Below, in pieces: positions 46,603 through 59,804 of a stretch of 64,000 nucleotides of DNA. Both the position numbers and the translations under genes were made by a program. The notes beneath the pieces are model-generated. The model was not told the DNA's origin, did no database searches, and saw only the letters and a list, made by a program, of their open reading frames with translations. How positions within the stretch are numbered: the first letter of the stretch is position 1; every line of letters begins with the position of its first letter. The DNA comes from Guillardia theta CCMP2712 (lineage: Eukaryota; Protista; Cryptophyta): positions 62,001 through 126,000 of the forward strand of contig NW_005434635.1 of NCBI RefSeq assembly GCF_000315625.1. The letters are read 5' to 3'.

Positions 46603-49201
46603 GGGAGGACGAAGCAGGGGGAGGACGAAGAGCTGAACATGATATGTTGTAGGCGGCCATGCAGGCATTGCGCTCAAACTTCGGCACATCTGCGGGCTCA
46701 GCATAGCATTGCAGGCCCTCGGTGTGTGTGAGGGGTTCGCTGTTGGGTTTCTTCGTCCCGTTAGGCGCCTACCTGAGCTAACGCGTCCTCCCGGGCACCA
46801 CAGCAGGTGTTGTCTGTTGATAAGGCCATGATCTAGACTTGATTCCCCAAACAGGGCGTCGCCTGTCGCTTGTAAGATTCATCCGCCACGAGAGATCGAT
46901 GGTCGGCCGTTGTTTACTGACACAAGCTCGGGTTTCAACCCAGTGGTAAGGCCCCTGACCTGCATCATTTGTTTGCCGTCATGCATCCCGCAGAAAGCAA
47001 GTGATTTCATCAAGACCTACTGGCAGAAACATCCCGTGCTGCTGCGAAATGCCTTCCGATTCGAGTCCCCCGTTTCCCCAGACGAGCTCGCCGGCCTGGC
47101 TTGTGAGAAGGAGATTTTCTCCAGGATCGTCATCGAGTGGGGGGCGCTGAAAGGTAAAGGAGCTCCGCCAGACAAGCCTTCGTGGGAGATGCTGATGGGT
47201 GAGAAGACACGGAGACACATTTCGCATTTCGTTATGATGATGTGCAGGCCCTTTCGAGGAGGAGACCTTTGCGAGCCTTCCCGAGAGCCACTACACGTTG
47301 CTGGTCCAGGAAGTGAGCAAGCATGTCCCCGAGGTAGCAGAGTTGGGGAGCAAGTTTCAGGTGCCGCCCAGTCTTCTCCAAGCTGCAAGAGACTGACAAC
47401 CAACCGCCCAGTTCATCCCTAGCTGGAGGATGGACGATGTCATGATCTCCTACGCAGCGGAGGGAGGTGGGGTTGGCCCGCATGTCGACAACTACGATGT
47501 TTTCCTGCTCCAAGGGAAAGGTAGCTCACGCCATCCATCCCAGGGATGATATGACGAAAACCCTTGCGACGGCAGGGAAGAGAAGATGGAGCATATCGGC
47601 AAAGACTCTTGCTCCCAAGGACGAGGTCCTGAAGGCTGGGCTGAACCTTCGGATCCTCGAAGGTTGTCTCCGAGATTATTTTCACATCCCCTCTCACCGC
47701 CAGATGTTTCAGGCACTTTTGTCAAGGATGAAGAATGGATCCTCGAGCCTGGTGGGCATGGACTGCGACTTGATCCGTCGATTGACCCTGTTCCGAACCA
47801 TCAGGCGACATCCTCTACCTGCCTCCAAGGGTTCCGTGAGTTCTTCCCCACGCTTCCCTTCGGTGCCATGACGTTGGTAAAAGACATTGGGGAGTGTCCA
47901 TGGATGATGAGTGCATGACGTACTCCATCGGCTTCCGAGCACCGAACATCCAGGTGCCACATCTTGTTGTCATGCTGGCATGACGCGGTCGGCAAGGACT
48001 TGGTCACGGAGTACTCTGCTCATGTCTCAGATCTCTTGGACCCTGATGAGTTCTATCAAGATCCTCACCTCAAACCGCCAGTGAGACCCAGCCGTTTCTA
48101 ACAAACCCATCGTTTTCCTTCTTCTCCATCCTCCAGCTCCGATTTCACTCCAGCTGTTTAACTCGTCTTTGTTTGCAGGGAGCAGACGCTGCGCGCATCG
48201 ATGAAGAATCTGTCTCGGATCTGTAAGTCTTCCAGGCATCGCCTGGATTCTGACCCCTCGTGAAACTCAGGTGGAGGCAAGTCGTTGGAGCGTTCTTTGG
48301 AGAGGATGCGGACAAATTCCCTCGTTCTTCTTCTGGCGAAGAGAAGTTCAAGAGGTAGTCAGGCAGCAGCTGTGTGCTGGAATGATGTCGAGCAGGTGGC
48401 TCGGGGGATACCTAACTCAACCAATGAGGATGCACGACGGAGGGGAGCCGGAGCAGATCGATAGGGAGGAAGCGGTGGCCATTGTCGACGATCTTCTCAG
48501 CGGCAACGAGGCCTGCCTGTTTCAAACTGAAGGTACTGTGGATTTTGGGAAGCCTCAACTCAACCGCAGCAGGGATGAAGTTTGTCTGGCTCGCCCTTAG
48601 TGACGGAGTCAGCATCTCCGCCAACGGGAAGGTTCAGTTGAACTGAAGGGTGTGCAGCAGAGGTTGACGAGCGTGACCAGAGCTGGGAGCTCCAGGTGGA
48701 TGGGCAGTTGTCGCAAAAGGATTTGGGTGAGCTGTCTAAGAACATTGCCTTTGCCTTCCCCTCTTCGTTCCCTCCTCCTACTCCTCCTCTTCCTCTTGTT
48801 CCTCATGCTGCCTCCTCCGACCTTGCCCTGGCGATGTTGTTGAGTGAACTGCAGAGGAAGGGGCCAGGACAATATGCAACGAACGCAAATTGGATGCTGC
48901 AGTCCTTCGACGCTACCTCTCTGCTGATTCACCTTTCCGTGAGATCTCATTCCCAGCCATTGGCTTCACTTTGCCCCCCCCCCTTCTCCTTGCTCCCTCC
49001 CTCAATGCAGTCGCTCTAAACCTCTCCTCTCCTTACATCTCCCCTCCCCTCGACTCATCCTCTGTACTCCCCTGTTCTGAATGCTTCTGCTGCCTGCCCA
49101 CCCCCCAACTTCTCCAACAAGCTTCTCCTGGGTAACGTTTCACAGGGAATGTCATCGAGGACCTCATCGAAGAAGGGTTGCTGTATTGCCCTGAGATGTA
49201 A
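46375..49201 (+). CDS. JmjC/Cupin_4 2-oxoglutarate/Fe(II) oxygenase, YcfD/RoxA (ribosomal L16 arginine hydroxylase)-like; multi-exon, 5' end uncertain
   Basis: Spliced motifs FIKTYWQKHPVLLR, SPDELAGLACE, FIPSWRMDDVMISYAAEGGGVGPHVDNYDVFLLQG, KRRW, LEPGDILYLPPRVPHWG, MTYSIGFRAP; HxD...H triad intact; stop 49199-49201. Confidence 0.88.
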
Positions 49202-49295
49202 CACGACACACTTGTAACACAACAAATCCGTGAGACACCAAATCTGTGAGCATACTTGCGATCGAAACTTTACAAGAGGAGATGGGATCAATTCT

Positions 49296-49883
49296 CTATC
49301 CCATTCCAAGGTTGTTCATCGCAGACTGCTCGATCTTATTGCGCAGGTCACCTTCAAACATGTGTCAGCAGGAGCAACCTGCACTTTGATCCTCTACCTG
49401 GCATCGGGCGAAGCTCGTAGGCCGCAACCACGGGCTCCGTCTTGAGTTCGGTGAAGATCCCTTTGAACGCCAGGTAGGTTATCTTGGTCGTGTCGTCGCC
49501 ATGGTTGGAGTCGATAAGCAGAGTGAGGATACGAACGCGGTTGAACTTGGACACTTTGAACATGTGTTCCGCGTCGGGGGGGTTGTCCCTCGCCAGCTCC
49601 CACGTCTGAAGCGCCGGCAGGTTGGACACGTTGTCAAAGTCGATGTCGTCTCTGTTGATGTATGCTTTGATCCTGCATGGCCCGCTGTCTCCTGCCCCTG
49701 ATCCCAGGCTGAAGGCCTGCAGCAACCTGAGTCGCCATGTGCAAGGCAGGGGAGGGTCAGTAAGAAACCTTGAGCTTCACGCTGCCTGTGAAGGGGATAT
49801 TGATTAGGATCTGCTCGTCAGCGTCGCTCTCCAGCCATCTGAGGATAGAGAAGCAGCTCGTTCAGTCACAGGGATCATTTGCA

Positions 49884-49953
<70 letters not shown>

Positions 49954-50309
49954 CCTTTCGGTCACCTGGTGGTGTCGAACCTCTGATCGAAGGGTTTGAT
50001 CGCATGAAGGATGCCGTGATCTGAGAGTGAGGTTTCAGAGCCCTTAAGGCTCCTCCCACCTCCCTCCTCCCTCCTCCCTCCTCGGATCTCACCAGGGGAC
50101 GCGTTCAGTGCCCGCACGTTCACCGTATCGATGCTGTCGTACAACCACCTTCCACGTGCATCAGTTACCAGGGCTTCTCACAGGCTCGCTTCCTCCTCTT
50201 GCCTCTCATCAACTGATTCCAGCATATCCTTGTGCTCTTGTTCGCAATCATGGCCGTGCCCATGACCGTGCGAGTGGCCGTGGCCGTGCCCATCGCCATC
50301 GCCATGCAT
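49296..50309 (-). CDS. PITHD1: PITH domain-containing protein 1
   Basis: His/Gly-rich N-terminus MHGDGDGHGHGHSHGHGHGHDC; LYDSID, LESDADEQILINIPFTGSVKLK, YINRDDIDFDNV, SNHGDDTTKITYLAFKG, YELRP. Confidence 0.9.
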
Positions 50310-51104
50310 CTGGTAGTTCAAACCGCATCAAAAACAAATGCCTCTCAGTCTCGTCCCGATGGCGCTCGCACAACATGAGACATGATCGTCTGACATAATG
50401 CTTTCTCATCTTGAGGAACAGGAGGTGCGAGCTCATCGCTCCTCATCTTCTCCAGCTCCTCCCTCTCACACATCGTACACGTCGAGTGCTGTCAAGCTTT
50501 GTCCTGCTCGCCTCCCGTCACCTCCCCTCGTCTCCTCTAACTCCCACTTCATCCTTCCCTCCCCCACTGCCCCTCTTATCCCTCATAGTCTTCCTCCTCC
50601 TCTCTCCCGGCTCCTCCTCTCTTCCTCCCATGCCCCCGCCCCCCTTTCGCGCATTGGCCTGCATGCCGCCGCAGGGAATGCCTTGCTGTCTTTTTTGTAG
50701 GCAAGTGTATGAACTAATATTTTATTGCTGTCCTTTCAATTATAATAATGGCGTACTGAGGCGGATTGTAAATTTATCCAGGGATAGTGACATGGAGCGA
50801 ACTTGGACATCGTAGGCGTGTCCTGTTGGAAGTCGAGAGGGGAGGAGGGAAGAGGGAGAGGAGGAGAGTCAGCAGAGAGGAGGAGACGGGAGGAGAAGAC
50901 AGAACAGGACATGAGAGACGGGAAGGAGGAGGAGGGGGAGGGGAGGGGGAGGGGGTTGTGATGTGAGGTAGAGTGTAGGACCAGATGCGGCGAGGTAACA
51001 AGTTCTGCTCGAGTATCAGAAGAGAGCGAGGGAGGAGGAAGGAAGAAGATAGTCAAAGGAAGCTCTCAGCATCATGGCTCCGGCCCTGAGATAGTCAGCT
51101 CAGC

Positions 51105-54100
51105 ATGCAGAGCAGGAGGAGAGGTCTGCTTCTCCCCTTGCAACTGCTCTCAAGTATCCTCCTCGTTTCCTCCATGTCGGCGACTCATCGTGCCGGCAAT
51201 GGGGAGACGACAGGGATCTCGGTGGGGATCCTGACACAAGGGGCCTTCTGGAAGGGCCTGTTCCGTGACGCCGAGATCGTAGCATGGGGTAAGAGAAGCT
51301 GCAGCTCCGAACGTGACCTGAGCGCTGCCATGGTTGCAGGACTGAGCGCAAACAGGGGGAAGGACTCCAGCATCAGCACCTCCATCTTCTACACGAGGTG
51401 GTTCAAGGACGCAGAGGCCGGTGTGAGAGATGAAGGGACGTACAAGGCTGATGCCCTCGACGAAGGGGCCAGGGGGACTCTGCTGTTTGACCTGGCGGTG
51501 CCTGAGGGGACGGACATGAAGGGCTGGCTGGGATCGTTGGACGTCTTCATCTCCTTCGAGTCTCCCCTCCTCGCCATCTTCCAGCTCGCCGAGCGGCTGC
51601 GCGTCCGCAGGTCGATCCTCGTTCTCAACATCGACTGGTCCTGTGCCAAGGAGATCCGGCGGATCTCGGAGGTCCCGAACCTTCAGTTCTGGGTCAAGGG
51701 GCCGGGTAGCGAGCGAGCCATCAGGGAGGTGTTGGGAGGGGGAGATGTGAAGGAGGAGAGGGAGAGAGAGCAGGAGAGGGAGAGAGAGCAGGAGAGGGAG
51801 AGAGAGCGGGAGAGGGAGGAGGGAGCGAGATGTAGAACAATCGAGCGGGAGAAAGTTTTCAGGGTTCCCTGGACTATTCCTGATCCCATTGTCCAAGTGA
51901 GAGAGCCCAACGCTGCAGGAGGAGGAGGAGGCGGATCGCCGGTCACTTTCCTGATGATCGTGGGGATGGGAGGCGTGCAGAGCAGGAGGGGGGTCGATGT
52001 TGCGCTGAGGGCGTTCCACCGAGCGATGGAGCTGGTAAGAGGAGAGGAGGAGGATGGCGAGGAAGGAGAGGGAGGGAGATGTTGGAATGGAGAGAGGACA
52101 GGACAGGACAGGACAGGACAGGACAGGACAGGACAGGACAGGACAGGACAGGACAGGACAGGACAGGAGGAAAGCTGGGAGGGCGGGCGGACGGGCGGGT
52201 GGGGGAGATGGTGGCTGCGCGGGAAGGATGTAGCCAGAGGAGGGCAGAATGACAAGATTGATTTCTGTGGCAGGCTGGGGATAAACTGAATGCTCATTTC
52301 CTGCTGTCCTCCACTCTCTTTCCCTTCCCGGTTGACTCTCCTTGGACCGAAGGAAGAGAAAGAAGCGGCTGAAAGCTGCTGGTGCAGGTGGAGGAGCAGC
52401 TACTGGAACATACCAACGTGTCTGTCGTGTACCAGGTAACAGGGATAGAGGAGGAGGAGGAGGAGGAGGAGGAGGAGGAGGAGGAACAGCAGCAGCAGCA
52501 GCAGCAGGAAAGGGGGGGGGGGGAAGAGGTTTTGAAGGCCGAAAATCATGCTCTGCCAAGGTCCATGCAAGAGAAGAATTGTCGGAGCTCCTGGCTGAAG
52601 CAGATGCTGTGCTCTACCCCAGCAGGTCCTCTCTCCCCTCTCCTCTCTCCTCCCTCCTCTCTCCTCTCTCCTCCTCCCTCCTCCTCCTTTGCCTCCTCTC
52701 GTTCTCCCCCGTCTGTCTCATCCTTCATCGGAGTGTTTCAAGGTGGGAAGGGTTCGGCTTATCTATGATGGAGGCCCTCCATGCAGGTGTGTAGGAGGAG
52801 AGAAGGTGCGATGAGGGCAGGTCGGCAGCGTCGCCGTTGGTGGAGCCGAGCAAGCAAGCAGACTGTGACAGTTTGTACCAGGGGTTCCGGTTTTGGCCAC
52901 GGACGGCTGGCCGATGAACGAAGTCGTGACGGACAACGTGAACGGATTGCTGCTGAAGGCAGCCTACATGGTCGCCTTGACTGCAACCTCCTCCTCCATC
53001 CTGCTTGTTCATTTTCGCTCCTCCTCCCTCCTCCCTCCCTCCCTCCCTCCCTCCCTCCCTCCTTCCTTCGCTTCCGTTCTTCTCGCCGTCCTCCCTCTTG
53101 CTGCTCCAATCCTTGTATCCGCTTCTCCTCCCCTTTCCCTGTCCTTGCTCGATCTCTGACGAACTGTTGTCCCAGGGAAACTTCTTTGCTGATGATCACA
53201 AGTGCACCATACAAGAGTTTGCTGAGGATTCATGCAAAGAGATGATGGTAGACGCGGCGACATGTCCTCGTTCAACTCATTCGCTCTTCACTCTTCTCCT
53301 CTCCTCTCCTCTCCTCTCCTCTCCTCTCCTCTCCTCTCCTCTCTTCCCTTCTGCTCCTCACACTCCCTCCTCCAGGGTCCACACTGGGAAGTAGACGTGG
53401 AGGACATGGCGCGTGCGATCGTGAGGTAGAGGAGGAGAAGCGAAGTCGAGGACGCGATCATGCCGCAGGTTCTCGACCGATGAGGAGCTGAGGAGGAGGC
53501 TGAGTGCTCCCCACCCGCACGTGCTGCTGTCTCGTCAGTTTGCGTTCATGAACACCATGTGAGGAGTGGCGAGGAGGGGAGGGGAGGGGAGGAGAGGGGG
53601 GGATAGGAAAGAGGAGGGAGAGGAGCTACTGGGAGGGTAGGGTTGGGCGGCGGCGGCGGCGGAGGAGGAGGAGGAGGAGGAGGAAGGGGAGGGAGAGCGG
53701 GAGGAGGTGCGTAAATTTGAGACAAGTGGTAGACAATCGCTGGTGAGGGAGGATCGTCGTCCTAGGAGCATCGTCCTCCACCTTCACACGGAGGCGAAAT
53801 CGAATACAGTAGAGGCAGAGACGAAGCTTGTTGACAGGCTGCACGAGGGTCTGCAAGCTTTCGGGTTCGCAACAAGGAGGAGGAGTGAAGGTAAGTGGAG
53901 GTCTGCGAGGAGCGCGAGCCATGACGGAAGCTGTGAAGTTGGGGAGGAGGACGGCGCGTGCTCGGACCTCCTGCTTATCGTCGCGGCGCCTCCCTCCAAC
54001 AAGGAGGACTGTGGTGCCCTGCTACGGAGCTTGACGACATGGACGAGGAGAGCAGAGGAGCAGCAGCGGGGAAGGAGAGGACCAGTAATCATGGTACAGT

Positions 54101-55198
54101 CGGGGGGAGGGGAGCGGGAGGGGTCGTGGGCCGACTGTGGTGGTCTTCACAACCATCTTGATGCCCTGTTCGTGGAGGAAAAGGCAAGAGCACAGGACGT
54201 CTGCTCCTTCTCTCTCCCCAACGTATCTGCTCCCCCTTCCCACCAAGTCGCGGAGCTTCTCGCACTCTCCTCGCTGCAGGTTTCAGCATGTGCAGGAGCA
54301 GGCAGGAGTGGTCAAAAGCATGACAGCAGCGAGATGGAAGACGAGGACGAGGACGATGAGCAGGAGCAGGAGCAGGAGCAGGAAAGAGTTTCAAGATTGC
54401 TCAGAGGCGTGGACGGGAGGGAACGGAGAGTCCAGAAAGCAGCCATTCTCAAGCTCCTTTCATGGAGGCTGTTCGATCAGGTGGTGGGCAAGTTGGATGA
54501 ATTCTTCCTCAAGGAGGTTGGAAACGGAACAAGCTGGCATGTGTCGAGAAGAGAGTTGAAAATGCTGAGAGCGACAACCTCGTCGCTTCTCAGGTGATCT
54601 CACCTCAACTACCTCCTCCACTCCTCTCCTGTTCCCTCTTCTCCTGTCCCCCGCTCTCCCTTCCTCTCCTCGCTTCTCCTCCTCTTGCTCTCTTCTGTCC
54701 CCCACCCCCTCGTATCTCCCCCAACTCTTGACTCAGCTTCGATCAGGTCATGCAAGATGGAAGAAGCATCACGGCTCGAGGCTCTCACCTCTCGCATCGT
54801 GCCCCGTCAGCTCTCCCCCTGCGCTCTGTCTCTGCTGCAAGACCACGCGATGGTCCAGACATTCTTTTTCCGGCTCCAGGTGAGGATAATCTTCCTTCTC
54901 CTTCTCCTTCTCCTCCTCCTCCTCCTCCTCCTCCTCCTCCTCCTCCTCCTCCTCCTCCTCCTCCTTTCCTCCCTCCTCCTCCTCCTTCATGTCGTCCTCG
55001 CCCTCCTCGTCCTCGTCCCCGTGATTCTCTCCCCTTCGCCCTCCTCCCCCACCACCTCCTCCTCTGCCTGCAGTAACTAGGAACGAGCAGCGGACCTTGG
55101 GCCCGACGTGTATCAGAAGACTCCAGCAGGTCTGGAGCAGGAAGCGTCTTTCCCGTCCCAGCATCGCAGAGATTCTCTGTCGCGAGTACACTGAGTGA
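51105..55198 (+). CDS. Glycosyltransferase family 4 (GT-B fold) with N-terminal signal/anchor; multi-exon, 3' extent uncertain
   Basis: GMGGVQSRRGVDVALRAF; LLAEADAVLYPSR|WEGFGLSMMEALHAG|VPVLATDGWPMNEVVTDNVNGLLL (EX7E motif). Confidence 0.8.
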
Positions 55199-55467
55199 GG
55201 CCCGGCGGATGGCACGGCGGTGCACGGCAAATCAACTTAAAAGTTAACTAGTAACTTAGTAATAGCGCTGCCGCGCTGGCGGCTTTCTGAGGCGGAGTGA
55301 ACACTGACAGTATTGAGCCCTTTTTCAGCAGCAATCTCTCATCTCTTTTACTCAAGCGACAGCCCTGACTCAGGCTTGAATCGAGCCTGCCAGCCTGTGA
55401 GTCACGCTTGGCCCGGCCCCCGGGGCCTCGGCGGAGGCCGCGAGTCTCAGCCGAATTCTTACTAGTG

Positions 55468-55603
55468 CTAGCAGCCCTCTGAAATCTTACTAGCAGCCCT
55501 CTGAAATCTTACTAGAAGCCCTCTGAAATCTTACTAGCAGCTCTCTGAAATTGTACTGGCAGCTCTCTGAAATTGTACTAGCAGCCCTCTGAAATTTTAC
55601 TAG
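55468..55603. repeat. Minisatellite, ~6 copies of CTAGCAGCCCTCTGAAATCTTA (22 bp, slightly degenerate)
   Basis: Units at 55468, 55490, 55512, 55534, 55556, 55578. Confidence 0.92.
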
Positions 55604-56060
55604 TAGGACCTCGAATTGAGTTCCGGGGCGGATCTTCGACAAAGAGGTGCCAGTTTATAAGTACCACCCCACCTACTCCCGGTGTACCGTTTTCCTTGCC
55701 AAGTTGGTAGTCCTGGATGCTGAGTCAAATCGAGGGGTACAAGAGAGTCAGTAACGGGGTAGGGGTCGTACTTTTGGTCTAGTGTAGGGTGCTGCACTTT
55801 GTTTCATGGGGTGCTTCTCGAACTACCCTACCCCCACTCTTTCCCAGAAAATTCACCGGTACTACAATTGCTCCTGCAACTTCTGGTCCCCTTCTACCGG
55901 TAGTACTGAGTACCCCATATTTTATCACAAAATACCCCACCAAGTTCCCTTTCAAGGGGCGGTCGCATCTGAAGTTTTGGAAAGGAAGGGTAGGTCATGT
56001 ACCCCTACCCCCTGTTTCTAGCACCCGATACCCAGCAGGTTCCATCTTGTCGTCCGATCC

Positions 56061-57160
56061 ATGCAGCGACACGCAGCGGTGATGGGCGCGGCGGGCGCGT
56101 TGGGAACGACGATGATGAAAACCCTGCGAGCCAGAGGATGGCGGGTCGTAGGTATCGACAGCAAGCAGGTCGTTGATGGCTTGAGAAGGCCGCCTGTGGG
56201 CATGGAGGCTGGAGTCATGTGGAATGTAGTGGTACCAACCAACGGGTCGAATCCGTCGGAGCAAAAGAAGCATGTTCTCGGAGAAATGAAGTTGATGGGG
56301 TTCGGAAACGAAGAAGGGCAGAAAAAGCTCGATGCCGTGTTGTGCTTCAATGGCGGGTTTGCGATGGGTAACGCCTCGGTGAGCCTGACGTAGCAGTAGC
56401 AAGTTGCAACCTCCGATCGCATGCCCCCTCTTGCATGCAGGAGGCAGGATTCCTCCCTCCAGCATCCCGTATCAAGGACTTGTCTTGTTGCTGAACACTT
56501 TCCTTTCTTCAGTGCGACGATCTCCTGGTGTCCGTGGAGAAGATGTACGGATCCATCCTTGTGCCGTCCTTCCTCGGAGCCAGTCTCGCGGCCACCTTCA
56601 TGCGCCCCGGTGCCCTCTCCCCTACTCCCCTTCCGCCCCACCCATCCAACAACCCATTCCCTCCCCTTTCTTCCCATTTCACCTAACGTTGAGGCCACGT
56701 GTGATGAATCCTCTTGCTCAGGCTCTCTCTTCCTCCTGTCCGGAGCCCTTGCTGGAGGAAACGTCCCGACCCCTCGGATCCTCGCTTACGGCAGCGCCAA
56801 GGCTGCTGTCCATCACCTGGTGAGGAGCCTCAGCCACGAGACCTCGGGCCTGCCCGACGGAACTAAGGTGAGCGAGAAAGACTATCTCCTCCTCTTCCCT
56901 CCTCCGCCTTCTTGTCTGCCTATCGGGCCTGCAAGCGTCTTTGATGACGTCGCCGGCAGGTGATTGGGATCGCGCCGGACATCCTCGACACTGAGACGAA
57001 CCGAGTCTCCATGCCCAACACTCCGCGAGATAACTGGACGCCGTTGGGCGACCTGGCCAACAAGGTCTGCGACTGGGCCGAGAGTCCTCAAATGTGCACT
57101 TCCGGAACCATCTACAAGGTGATCACATCCCCCTCGGGTACGACCTACGATGCCTTGTGA
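56061..57160 (+). CDS. QDPR: Dihydropteridine reductase (SDR family); multi-exon
   Basis: VMGAAGALG, LDAVLCFNGGFAMGN, PTPRILAYGSAKAAVHHLVRSL...SGLP, IAPDILDTETNRVSMP...WTPL. Confidence 0.88.
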
Positions 57161-57244
57161 ACAGCAACAGACATTCATGGACAGGGCAAGTGGGGGGAAG
57201 GAGGAAGGAGGATGAGGTTTGAGGACAAGGTAGAATCGTCGGAG

Positions 57245-59435
57245 CTATTGCACAGGGCCGTTGCGGATCCAGTAGTTGGCTGCCCACTTCTCGCCCACGA
57301 TAGGGTCGCAACCGCCGTGCAGGCTGGTGTGATCGAGCTCCCCGTGTGTGTGGCCGTGAGGCTTCATGAGGTAGAAGATGACCTGCGTGAGATGGTGTGA
57401 CTATACAACAAGTAAAGGATGAAAACACTCGGCTAACCGCGCTCCCCCGCACCGGCTTGACTTTGATGCTCGACTCCACTGCGTTCTCGCAGGGTCCTGC
57501 GCACACCAGTCAGCATCTCTGCCAGCTCCCGGCACCTGCTGGCCCACCCCAACTTTGAATCTTGTGATGCTCTTCCGCAGAGGTGTTGCCGAAGGGAAAG
57601 ATAGTTTCTCCTCCCTTCTCCACAGATGTCAGGTAGAAGAAGACTGTCACCAGCCTGTTGTGGCCGCTGCTCCACCGCTTGTCACCTGGAAAACGATATC
57701 AGTGATCGCCGTGGCAAGTCCAGGGCTGCACACCTGGATACATCTTGGGGTCGAAGAAGTCGTAATGCACATGGTAGTGCTGCTTGAAGGTGTACTTGAG
57801 GACCTGCATGTCCTCCGCGTACGACATCGGGATGCGGATGAGCTCCTCCACCCTCTGACGAATCTTTGCGACGATCGGAACCTTCTTGTCCATGAGCCAG
57901 GCTGTCTCGGACGTTCGGACTTCGTCTTTCACTTTCTCTTCCCCGTTGGATTGGTCCCCTTGCTTCAGCACCGTCGATGGTGCAAGGAGCGGTGTCGCGG
58001 TCTTGATGATCTCCTCGCACTCCTCGGCGCTAAGGAAGTTTTCCACCACGAACAGACGGGGGGTGGAGGACAGGCGCTTGACCTCCACGGTCCTAGAGGA
58101 AGGAGGTAGGGGGACTACAAACTTCTCGCCTGACACCATGAGGAGGGTCAGGAACGTCTCAGCAGGTCCCTGGACTCTCAACGGAAGGGATGAGACCTGG
58201 AATGTCTGAGGGGTAGAAGAAGATCTCGTTGTCTACGAGGATGAATGCCTTGCTGGGCAGGCCCGAGAAAGACTTGACAATGCTGCCCTCTCGCGTCCGA
58301 ATGATCAATTTGTCGTGGACTTCGGCTGACTTGACGATCGCTAGCTGTTGTCGAGGGTGAGCTCACAACGATATCAGTCAGAGGGACAGCTCACCGCTTT
58401 GATGATGTCTTGCACAAACGCATTCCATGAGGCAACTTTTGGATTCACCTGCCAAACGTTTTACCAGGACATGCTACTTGAAGCTCCCCCTCCGATCACC
58501 TCCATGGTCAAGGTAGGTTTCTCCATCATGCTCTCCCAGATCCTGTAAAACCGATAGATCTTCTTGTTCTTGCTCGAGGCAGACAACGAGAAGGTGCTGT
58601 TTCCTGTAAGCAAGCTTGACAAAAGTACGGTTGGAAACAAAACTCTCACCATAGTTGCGGAAGATCTGTTCCGACGATAATCTTGGGGGATGAATCAGGT
58701 GCTCTGGAAGCTTGTCAAGTCTTGTTTCTCGTATCAGGTCTATCTCTCGCAGGACACGGCCAGCTGTCATGCGCCAAGTCATCAGCTCCACGTTCAAGGA
58801 GCTCCTCAAGAACCTTTCTCGCCGGGTATGTCCAATTTCGATGTGATAATGTCTTCTGTCAACATGAAAAGCATCTGTATTGATGTGAAACTGAAGTTTC
58901 GGCTATTCACATGAACCTTTCCGTCCACCAGATGTTTCTGCACCGCCAAGGCAAAGTCTTCAAATCCTGTCATCGGCCATGACCAGTCAACACCAGGGAT
59001 CTCCCGACGCTTCTCACCTATCCTCCTGGCCCATGCTTCGACATCTTCTACTGTCCATAGAATTGGCGACAGGTTGTGAAGGGCAAAGGAATCGCTGATA
59101 GAATGTCCAGCATGCGAATTTCCCTGCTTCCGTGCGAGTATCCAGGAACCAAAGTAAACGATTAGAAGGAGGGCAAGGATGATGAGGGGGAGGGCTAGTT
59201 TGATATCCAACAACACAACTGTTCGGTTCTTGTGCTTGCGGAAGCCGAAGATCTGGACCAGCACATGTCAGCCTCCGCAGGCCTTCACACGCTCGCCTCT
59301 GATCTATCTTCGACTCGTTCTAGGCTGACGGCATGGCAGAGACGAAAGCAGGTACATTCGCAAACCATCTCCTCTCTCCCTCATCGATGCTCTTCCTCTA
59401 CTCGCGCCGGAACGTACCGGCACAGCCGACGCCAT
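57245..59435 (-). CDS. Type II membrane prolyl 4-hydroxylase (2OG-Fe(II)) with SAM-like domain; multi-exon
   Basis: TM LALPLIILALLLIVYFGSWIL; SAM-like WTVEDVEAWA...VDGKMLFMLT; P4H PRLFVVENFLSAEECE, VRTSETAWL, MQVLKY, HYDFF, NRLVTVFFYLTSVEKGGETIFP, SLHGGCDPIVGEKWAANYWIR. Confidence 0.88.
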
Positions 59436-59804
59436 GGTTCCTACGAAGCGCCTCAACCCTACTGACCGCCACTGACCGCCTGAAAAAGCTGACGGGGACT
59501 GAGCTGGATGATTTGCCTGTGAGAAGTGACCGGGGGGTGGCCGCGGGTGCCGCCGGCCTGGCCGGCCCGCCGGCCGGGCGGGGTTGACGCCGGACGGCCG
59601 GGCCGCGGGCTCAGTCTCACGAGTCCGTTAGGCTGAGCCGCATCTGGGACGATGCCGCAGTGCCATCATAGTACTGTGACTGCCGCACTGGCGGTGACCA
59701 ACTGCCAAAGACTGTTTACATTTGAGAACCAGGCTGAAAATTTTCTACGATAGTTTACAAATCCTAGCCTGACAGTTCAGTACTAAAAAGTTCAGCTGAA
59801 AGCC

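Noticed and set aside
46375-59435. JmjC, GT4, QDPR and P4H as a hydroxylation/glycosylation gene cluster
   Set aside because: Mixed orientations, different predicted compartments and cofactors; adjacency alone is not evidence in a eukaryotic genome
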